Position numbers and translations under genes: made by a program
The notes under the pieces: generated by a model
The model's database searches: none
Told to the model about the DNA's origin: nothing
The model's input: only the letters and a program-made list of their open reading frames with translations
Assembly (NCBI RefSeq): GCF_023055435.1
Contig: NW_025964124.1
Coordinates: 186,001-250,000, forward strand
Source: Haliotis rufescens
Lineage: Eukaryota
DNA length: 64,000 nt
Direction: 5' to 3'
In this document: piece by piece, positions 1 through 10,400 of the stretch
How positions within the stretch are numbered: the first letter of the stretch is position 1
Layout: the number at the start of each line of letters is the position of its first letter

Positions 1-90
1 ATAAAGATTATCCAGAAGACTCTTTGTCAAGAGGGATGACTTGACATTTGATACGTATCAATAAGGGTATTTGTTTGCCAGTTAACAACT

Positions 91-1095
91 TTTATAATAT
101 AATGGGTAAGTTTCTCAGCAGTATAAAGCCAACGGATAAAAACGATATCCGTTGGAGTCATATGCAGATAGAGATGCAAATATCAAAGGTCAAGTAGGGA
201 CTACTTTCTCTGTTTATTAATAAACTACACTCTGGCCCAGTGCACACTCCGGCGCAGTAGTGACGCAGCATAACACATGGAACTCTGGGTAGGAGAGTGT
301 AAACAAACATGGCGTCGCCCTCGTCCTTCGGCGATCGCGTCAGAATTAACCATCGGGAATCTGGATAAACTACAGGGATAATTGCTATCATTATCAAAAG
401 AACAGTCTAATATACTGAAAAGCAGTGTCTAACTGTGACGTAGCTAAGGCATTTTATAAGTTTTGGCAACTTTGGAGATATAAATTTCGAAACAATTTTG
501 CGAGGGCACGAGGTCTAGCCAAGAGGGATCGGTAGTCATATTTCTGCTTGTAGACCTCTTCGGCTTGAAACCTTCTCCACAAATTAAAATAGTTGGATTT
601 GGCCGAAATATAATTGAATTGTTACCTTGTTTCGTTTTGTCGCTGTGTGTACATCTGACTTCACTTCTTAACGTTATTACAGGACAGATCGACTGTCAAC
701 AACGTCTGACCGTGTCCGTGACGTCTCAGAGACTAGGGTTAGAGTAGTTTCCCTTTGATAAAGGGCATTTGCTCTTGTGGACAGACCGATGGATTGCCCC
801 GAAAGGCAATTAAAAAAATTTTTTTTGGCGTTTATGTTGCTTCGCCACTGTATAAGAAACAAATTTCAGTTGGAACTATATTGGCTACTGTCACTGTCCG
901 ACTGACACATCACTTACCCTGTGACGTAATAAATATTAATGCACGCATTCCAGGAAAACTCGCAATGTTTCGGTAATGTTTGTGAGAGAGGGAAAGCGAT
1001 TTTGAAGCACAGAATTAAAGAATGACATTATATGATAAAGAGGTTATCACGCTTGTGTGTTTGGTGATGGTAAATATCCTGTATTAGGAATAAAA
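91..1095 (+). mobile_element. 3'-truncated copy of ~1-kb non-autonomous element (putatively tyrosine-recombinase mobilised)
   Basis: Homologous to the complete insertion at 55802-56831; contains CCAACGGATA/TATCCGTTGG hairpin and internal CATTATATGATAAAGAGGTTATCACG (1026-1051); breaks off within the 3' hairpin. Confidence 0.8.
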
Positions 1096-1641
1096 AATAA
1101 AGCCCTCTGTGCTTAAATCTTCCATTAGAATCTAGTAGCCCACAATTAGCACATGGATGTAACCTCTCAATTCCTATCCCAGATAGTTTTTAAAACACAA
1201 TCATAATTGATGCTTACTTTTCCTTTACAATTTCATTTAAGTACGAAATCAGTTCTGGAGAACCTGTTCATTTCTTATCATCCGCATGACCTACTAAGGA
1301 ATGGATGAAGGATTCATAACATATTGTAAGCCCGAGGTTTAACTTGCAAATAGCAAAATGTACCCCTATCTTTTTATTGCACGCCAAAGATTTTGATTGC
1401 AGCACAAACACTCATGTTACAATATAACGTAGCACATTTAGAAGATCAGATGTGTGTGGATACGTTTCATAATCATTCCCTAGAACTCAACATGGGGGAG
1501 AGTTTATGATGGATTTATTACATAGTTAGCTCAGAACTCTCCAGCGTTTTAGCTAATATAGTCCATAGTTAATTCAGAAGGCTGTTTGGGAGATGCATTT
1601 GTGTATTGAATATATTTTATGTTTACTTCGGAACACAATTG

Positions 1642-1923
1642 GGGGCACGGGTGGCCCAATCGTCTAAGGCGCCATGATTCGCTGTGCAGAGTTACGTCCC
1701 TTGGGCACGCCAGAAACCTATGATTGTTGGTTCGAATCACTGTTCAACCAGATTATGTTTCTAGGTTTGTCAGCACCATATCCGTGCTCGTAGGTATCAA
1801 TGAAGTGGTTAACATCTAAGACCTGCATCACTTCTGGCTCTCCTCCCACATTAAGCTGACACGCCGCCATATAACTGTAAGACTGTTAAAAGCAGCATTA
1901 AACCAAACTTACTTACTAACTCA
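1642..1923 (+). mobile_element. tRNA-derived SINE (family 1)
   Basis: A-box-like TGGCCCAATCGTCTAAGG, B box GGTTCGAATC, (ACTT/ACTC)n tail, target-site duplication GAACACAATTG (1631-1641 and 1924-1934); five copies in the window. Confidence 0.9.
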
Positions 1924-2596
1924 GAACACAATTGTAGGAGGATTGGTATCAAACATTTTTGTTATTCATTCAGAACGCTACATTTGAGAGAGTATTCAAG
2001 CACACTGAGAACATTTTCTACCGTTTCGTCACGAAACTGAATTATTTCAATTCGCAAGATCACCGTTTCAGTGACAGCGTTGTGTTATGACCTCGACAAC
2101 GCTGGCAAACCATACTGACAGCACAACTGTTTGTGATGCATCATACATTATAGACATGTATAGACAACTAACGTTGTCGTGAGACTTATATTAAGGACCG
2201 ACACTAATGCTCAATACGTTTACAGGTTCGTATCATCAATACAAACAACAGTGCATCACAAAATCACAACACAGCGAAATTTTGGAATCAAGAAAAACAC
2301 TGGAGAGTTCCTGAGAAAAAACAACACAACTTAATGGTAGACTGTGAGATGTATCTATATTTTTTCTGATTTTTAAATTCACTGAAATCAATTGTTTGCC
2401 GTGTAATAAAAGTAAAATAAAAGTTGGAAGTACCAGGATCCGTTGTTCTTGGATTTGTGGGTTTAGCAGGTATTTATGCTTTGGCGGTAATTTCTACAAC
2501 CGTGGTCGATGGTTTGATTTGTGGTGATGTGAGAGATTTAATTTTATTTGATATGAAAAACTGATCAAATGGTACATCAAGACTGACGAGTATTTA

Positions 2597-4112
2597 TACT
2601 ATTCCAAAACAGAAACGCATAAGGCAGAAATCTGAAGAGACAAAGGTTTAATTCAAACGTGTATAACTATTCAACAAACATACTTAGGAGCATGAAATTT
2701 GACGTGCACATGGCAGAACCTCGTGTGTATACGATGTAATGATCACCACAGGCTAACCAGTCATGATTTTGTTAAGCGTCCACAGAAGTGCTAGTATCTG
2801 TTATGTCCACCACGTGCACGAATAACAGTTCGGACCCGCCTCGTCATGGACTGGATCAGACGCTATATAACTGGTTGAGGAATTCTCCTCCACTCCTGCT
2901 GAAGACATTTAGCTAACTCCTGAAAAGTTTGAGGTTGACGTATACGCTGACGTAGACGCCGATCAAGTTCATCCCAAAGATGTTCTATGGGGTTGAGATC
3001 CGGGGAACGAGATGGCCAGGGAAGCACAGGCATGTTGTTATTTGCCAGATACTCCATGGTGACACGTGCTGTATGTGGCCTGGCGTTGTCTTGCTGAAAT
3101 AACTCCCGTCGGACGTCAATGACTGGGAGAAGGTGTTGCTGAAGAATATTGTCCCTGTAGCGCACAGCCGTCAGGTTTCCTTGGACATGGATAAGATTAG
3201 TACGGTTGGTGTAGGATATCGCCGCCCACATCATGACACTTCCTCCACCGAATCTGTCCACTTGACGTACACAGATAGGAGCATAACGTTCAAGGACCCG
3301 TCTGAAAACTCTGTTTCGTCCATCCCGTCTCTGTAGAAGAAACCTAGATTCATCGCTAAACCATATGCGCCTCCAGTTTCGTAAGTTCCAGGCCGACATG
3401 TTATTGCACCAGCGGAGACCTTTGACGCGATGCTGACGTCGTAACACGTTCCCGAAGTAGGGTCTCCGGGCTCTCAGTCAAACCTCTCTCAGTCTGTTCC
3501 GTACTGTTTGCAGCGATGTCCTTCGAAGTCCATGCACCCTGGCCGCTATGCTCTCAGCTGTAACAGTACGATCACGTAAATGGAGGACCCGGATGTAGCG
3601 ATCCTGAGCTGCTGTGGTGACTCGAGGTCTTCCGGTGCGTGGACGGTCGTTTGTGGTACCTGTGAGGTTGTAGCGTGTTGTGAGTCGAGTAATCGTACTC
3701 TGGCTTACATTGAGACGTCTTGCAACTGAAGATTGCGACTCACCAGCCCCTAGTCTTCCAATGGCGATATTGCCGCAGCGTCTATACGTGGCATAATGAT
3801 TCCGTTGTGAAACTCTTCAAAACTGATTTCACATTTCGAATGCGACATGCCATTTTATAGACAGATACAGCATGCAACTCATGGCCCTATTTGCACTTGC
3901 AAAATGAGTTTGGTTTCGTTTGGTTGATGTGTTTTCAGAAATTTGTAAAACGTCTTATGAAACACAACGTTTTGCGTTTTGGTGTTTTTTTAAAATACAG
4001 ATTTGCATAGAAATCTCCTATACACAGATTTATAACATATTTTATCGATTCAGTTGACATATTCTTTGATCTGAGGAATTTTTTTAAATTCAGAAAGACC
4101 TATGCGTTTTAT
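2597..4112 (-). mobile_element. Tc1/mariner DNA transposon (DD34E), defective
   Basis: Left end TACTATTCCAAAACAGAAACGCATA, partial right TIR TATGCGTTTT, TA flanks; transposase motifs FSDESRF, FQQDNARPH, SPDLNPIEHLW with 34 residues between D and E. Confidence 0.93.
2791..3794 (-). pseudogene. Tc1 transposase pseudogene
   Basis: Starts MPRIDAA at 3794 with an early frameshift; GRPRVTT motif; in-frame stops near 3477 and at 2863; ancestral end RGGHNRY* at 2791. Confidence 0.9.
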
Positions 4113-4476
4113 ATATATAAGAAAGTACTATGTATGAAACTGATATAAAGAAGATGATGGACTAACGTGGACTTTATTATTTAATTATATATGTATATAT
4201 ACAATGAAACATGCCAACAACAGTAATATACAGCATACATTTCCTCTAAACGCTGCATGTTTATCATCCTACACATTTCTCTTGTCTTTACCGAACCTCG
4301 CACATATAACAGAAATATTAGTATTAGCAATATATAAGAAACTCACATTTAATCAAATTCAACTTTTTATCTAATATCTGTTTGAACACGAAGTGCAACA
4401 CAAACAGATCCCAGACTCAGTTTTACTAGGAATATTGCAATAAGCAACACCCACACTATCAGCTCCCACAGTCTGG

Positions 4477-6693
4477 TCATGTGGAGGCGTCGTCTCCTTT
4501 CCAGAACGGCCACTCCCACCACTTCTTCTTCTTTTGGCCGAACTGAAAGGATTAACAAAACAGTTCACACGTGGTTGCAGCCGTTCACCCATGTCACAAA
4601 ATAGTCTATGAAAAACAAGGAGCTCATTTCTATGTATTCTGTTTCTCTGAAACAAGAAAGGTAAATATAAGTTTAATGTGAATTTTTGGGGACATAGCAT
4701 TACATTGATGTATCAATCAATCCCACGGAAATATCAGTCCCGATTATCTGCCGACACAGACTCCACTGGGCGTGAAAGACAAACCAGTGGTTCAAGAAAT
4801 AGTACGTGTTTGTAGACTATTGCCGCACAGGATGGCGTCTGTAGGAAAGCGGCCCCAAGTGGGCAAAGTCGACATAATTACATATAAAGGACTGTGTACC
4901 TTCAGCACGGCGTCTATGATCTCATGAAGTGATCCTGTATTCAACACCAGTTGGTTCTCTATCCTGCTGGCCATATCGTCTCCGAGTAGAGGTGGAGCTG
5001 CCAAGAATTTCACTCATTATCACATCCTTTTTGCACATAAGACAAACTGACGACTGGGGCGTAAGTATTAAATCTTACACATTATGACGCTGTAAAAGAA
5101 TCAAATGCTATTGTGGTTGCTTACAGTATCTCATAATCGTTATTTGAACATCATTAAACGCGTCAGTACATCTTTCTTGAAACGTATGTGACATGTTTTT
5201 TTTTCACACAGATTTTCAAGAGTAAGATTTTCTAACTTACGATGCAGCTTAAAGATTCATTGAATGTTTCCATAACACTCATCATGTAGATACGAGAACA
5301 TCGGGTCGAATACGTTCACTTCGTTTCTCCTGACATTATTTCTGTGGTTACTTCTCTAATTAGAAAACTTCCGTATAAAACTTACATCTTCCCGGTTTCT
5401 CTGACATTCCTGCAGCCTGAAAAATATATAAAAGTTATCTTTGGAGTTGGTAAAACGTTTATTCAAATAAACACAGAGTAGCAGCATATTTTGTTTAACA
5501 AGACACTGAAAGGCATTCTGCGCGCCAACACACAACCATGCTTTCCATTCCCAAAGGTCAACTGACAACTGTATATGCAATGTTAAAATACATAAAACAC
5601 TAACCAGACACAAAGCTCATTTGAACAGATATTTTAATATTGCATATTATGGATTGTTTTGATTCAATGTCATGATTGGTTACGACATGGATCATTTGTC
5701 ATAATTCATTATTGTTTTATATCCATGGATATACATAGATTGCATTCTCCTAATCTTGACTGAACAAACAGGACGGTGCCTAGTGGTTAAAGCGTTCGCT
5801 CGTCACACCGGAGACGCGGATTCGATTCCCCAGATTAGTACTATGTGTGAAGCTCATGGCTTGTGTGATATTGCTGGACTATTGCTAAAACCGTCGTAAA
5901 ACCAAACTCACTAACTAACTAAACAAACAGCTTATTTGGCAGAAGATTGATTAAGAAGCAAGTGTTAAATCTGCAATATTTCAGAGGAAGAAATATTTAG
6001 GTTTGACATGCACATTCTAAAATATGTAGTTTATGAAAAGTGGTACCGAATCCTTTGTCACGGGTGTTACCTTTGGTGCCTGGTTCTGTTGACATTTCAG
6101 CACCTCATCAAGTATGTCCGGTAGTCTCCCTGGTGGCAACTTACACTTTTTCTCCACCACTTTTTGTAAATAAGTTGTCTTTATCTTCATTTCTTCCAGT
6201 ATAGTCCGTAGTTTGTCTGAAATATCCCAGAGAGATGTTTGATTCAGTGACGCATCTGTACTCTGGAACTGTACCTTCGGGGTTATTACTATTGAGAATA
6301 TTTACATTTATACAATGTGATCTGGAAATTTGATTACTGAGACCCAGGATTATTAGGGTTTCAAAGTTCTTGTTCATGTTACCGAGATTTTGGTCGCATC
6401 TAGGTCCAGAATGTGGAGGACAGCAAGAGTTACTTCCTGACTCCTAGAAAAGGGAAACAGGATCTGCACACATGCAAGATTATAATAATAGTAAGGAGTA
6501 TATGCTAAGATAACTCCAGACTAGGAAGCATGCTTGATAATATTCTGTCATTTTATAAGGAGTGAATATGATTGAATAACGCCTGTTTGACGAATGGCTG
6601 GAAGAATACTATACCCCATATGTTATCCATGGGGAAGACATGCTTTACATAGGAGCTAAAAACATGATCAAACTTTGTGTGACCCGATTGTCA

Positions 6694-6771
<78 letters not shown>

Positions 6772-7408
6772 CGTTTCTTCGAACACCAATCACACACTAA
6801 CCTGCATCTCTGCTCCCAGTGATGGCACATCTCTCCTTAAGGTGTTGGGTGTGTGATCATGAGAAACGACAGGTTCATCTCCACCATGATGTCTGGTTGT
6901 GACACCAGGGATGTTGTCACCTTGGTTCTTGGCGTCACTTCCACTAGAGTTGCCTTTGTCCTCTTGTCTCTTTACATCACTACACATTGAAATGCCTTTA
7001 TCATCTTGTGTGCATTGTTTGTTTGTCTTTTCCACATATGTCTGAAAATAAAGGTAGTTGTGGAATAGTGGTTATTGTGACTAATGTTTTGGTACATCTG
7101 TGAATACATGTGAACATTTACCTTGGCCTTCACGTCACGTCCTAGTTGTGACTGATCATCAAACAAACTGTTCTCGTATTAAAACTAATACACTCCTAGA
7201 TACATAATGCCTTTTAGAAAGTGGCAAAATGTAACAAATCTTATATTTTGGACTACACTCTCTCCATAGAGTACAAGTTCTCTTGCTATTTGGGAATCGA
7301 CCAGCAAAACACAGAATGTGTACTTTACTAAGAAAGTGTAATCCCCCAAATAAGATTTGTTACATTTGACCACTTTCTAAAATGCAGTATGTATCTATAA
7401 CTTTTCGC

Positions 7409-7439
<31 letters not shown>

Positions 7440-10400
7440 AATAATAATAAAAAAAAATAAAAAATAAAAAAAATAAAATAAAAAAATATATAAAAAAATA
7501 AATAAGTTAATAAAAAAATTGTTACATTACACTCCTGGTATGCATTTATAAAAAAAAATGATACTTAGTTGCACTATTAATTTAGTATTTTATCGGAAGT
7601 GTGTTCGATCAGGAACGTATCTCACTGACATGAACGGTACCTTTAGGAGAGCTTGTATGATCTTATTAAGTGATCCTTTATCCATCCCAAGTTGATTCTC
7701 TATCTTGCTGGCCATATCGTCTCCTAGAAGAGGTCGAGCTGTCGAGAATTTTTAATCATTATCACATCATTTTTGATAAAAAAAAGAATCTGTAAGGATC
7801 ACATTAGATGACGTAAAGAAAATGAATTTTATTTATGTTGCTCCGCACTTGCTCTAATAATTCATATATAGTCTTCATTTATGTTTTAATAATACCAATA
7901 CCGTTAAATAGAAAGGCGGATTTACAACAGTAAAGATTTTGTTCAATTACACACCAATCAAGAATATACACACGCTTTATCATAAGGAAACTAATACGTT
8001 ACGCTTGTAAAATTTCTGTCTGATTTGAAATATCCTTAGAAACGTACATTTGCCCTGTATCTCCGAAGTCACTGCAGACTGAAAAATATGAAAAATTACT
8101 GATTTCGTGTAACGCCTGTTTCAGTACATGCAGAGTAGCAGTATATTTTTTATGACAAGTAATCGAATCCCACTCCTCTCTTTTCATTCTCTCATTTATT
8201 CAGCTGTATGTAGGCCATCGGCCCATATTACTTTGTTACAGAAAATACAGCTCTTTGTCTGCAAGAGTGAAGATGACATTGGTGATAGACATTAATATTT
8301 TATGTATGTACATGTACAATATTTATCAGGAATATAAATTTTACGTAGGTTATCATAAGCAGTACATATCAATAGGAAATGGTATCCGTTTACTTTGTAT
8401 CTAAAGAAACACATTTCACATAGTCTGAGCCTTCTAGGTTTATTCATCAACGCCGAGTAAATATTTAGACGCTAAAGTGTGAACTTTGTGAATAGGAGAA
8501 CCGATATCACAATCAAGACCCCACACCTCGGCTATTTAAACAGGACTAGCATAACTTTAGAATCAAAGATTCTGAAAAAATATTGCACGGAATAGGTTGT
8601 AGTTTTGACAGATATTTAAGATAGCTAATGGGGTCTTTTTTGATTGTACAATAGCGTTGTGAACGTGTTTATGCCAGGACAAACATTGTGAGAATAATTC
8701 CAAAATCTTTATATGAGAATTGAAATTACCCCCGAGATACCATTTTGCACGTTTTCAAAGCATTCCACCATTTCTAAAAAATACAACTTTTGATTTGTCC
8801 AAATTTACAGAAAAATTGTATTCCACACTTCTGAAGCTCACATTAGTATAAGAAAAAAGTATCGTCAGAAAATAACTGGTGAAACAGTTGGCCCAGTCGT
8901 CTAAGGCGTCGCGATTCGCTGTGCAGAGTTGCGTCCCTTGGGCACGCCGGAAACCACAGCACCACAACTGTGCTCATGGGTTTCACCGAAGTTGTAAACA
9001 TCTGAGACCTGCATCACTTCTGGCTTTCCTCTACATTTAGCTGACACGCCGCGATATAACTGGAATACTGTTAAAAGCGGCGTTAAACCCAACTCACTCG
9101 CTCACTATCACTTCATCGGCTGTTTTTGGTGAGTCAAGAATAGCTGTAATGTTATTATCAGAAAACTGAGAACTGACACAACAAATATTATTACCCTTTC
9201 CTGGATGACCAGCTTCAATATACATGCCATGAAAATATTAATTTCATTCCTGCAATGATATATAGGAACTATAGACGAACCACCGAATATTTTAAAAACC
9301 TTCCAAAATGCCTTGCTATTATACCAGGTTTGTTTCAGCCTCCTAACAATCTTTTCCTGGTACGAGCATTTGGTCTCTCTCATTACGAAAGTATATATGT
9401 TTCAAGCTGTTAAGACAATCTCTACGATTCTCAAGTCTACACCTCCTATGAATATTTAATAGCCTCTCTCGCTCAGAACAATAATACTTACATTCTGCAT
9501 CATACCATGGTTGAGATTTAATCTTACTAAGTTGTAAGTTTCATACATTCTGCAGCTTCACAAATGGCTTCTGTAAATAGGTCAATTGCTACAATAGCAT
9601 TTGCTAACATAACACAATGATTAAGCACAGAGACAACATTTTATGACAATAGGTTGTTCAGCTTTGTCATCATCCCATACAAAACATGGCGCTGGTTTCC
9701 CTTTCCAGTTAATAATCGATAAGATCAACCAGTAACTGAACCCGTGATCAATGGTGTATGCCATCCAGATGACATAAAGCCAGCCGATTCACAGAGCATG
9801 ACCATCAAATCCACAATTTAAAATGGTCATGTCCATAGGATGCAGAATTAGGAGAAAAGAGTACTATATTTCAGAGGAGAAAACATGTATCTTTGACATA
9901 CACAAATTAACAGATACGGTTTAATGAAGAAATGTATTCTGTCCCAGAATTACTATTACCTCTTGTTCCTGGTCCAGGCTTTGCAGGACCTCATCAAGTA
10001 TTCTAAGTAGTTTCCCTGGTGGCAACTTGAACTTGGTCTCCACATTCCTTTGCAAAACTGCGGTCTCTTTATCAATACCTTCCTGTATACTCTGTAATGT
10101 GTCTGAAACAACCCAGTGGCGAGGTTTTATATAGTGATGCATCTATATTTAGAAAATGTACCCCCAGGATAATTACTACTGCACATTTAATTACATGCGA
10201 CGTGATATTACTTTATTAAACTGGAAATACGTTACTCTGGACGATTACCGCCAGTGTATACTGTAGGAAGGTATTGTTCCTGAAGACTTACTTATTTCTT
10301 CGAGATATGGGTTGCATCTACTTTCCGTGATCCCTTGGACGATTGCATTACTACCAGTAGAGCTGCTTTTGTCCACTTGGCTGTTAGCTTCACCACCAGA

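Noticed and set aside
158-976. Small ORFs repeated at 42100-42918
   Set aside because: They lie inside the non-coding 1-kb element and are disrupted in the complete copy at 55802-56831.
4367-4700. Alternative last-exon frames, including a transmembrane-looking LWELIVWVLLIAIFLV
   Set aside because: The TM frame needs a phase-1 junction or an implausibly short (~47-nt) intron; the phase-0 acceptor at 4542 is simpler. Not fully excluded without transcripts.
6071-6290. Death-effector-domain resemblance of QTSLWDISDKLRTILEEMK
   Set aside because: The upstream part is frameshifted in the homologous exon at 9960-10180, so it is probably intronic; the remaining exon is too short for a six-helix death fold.
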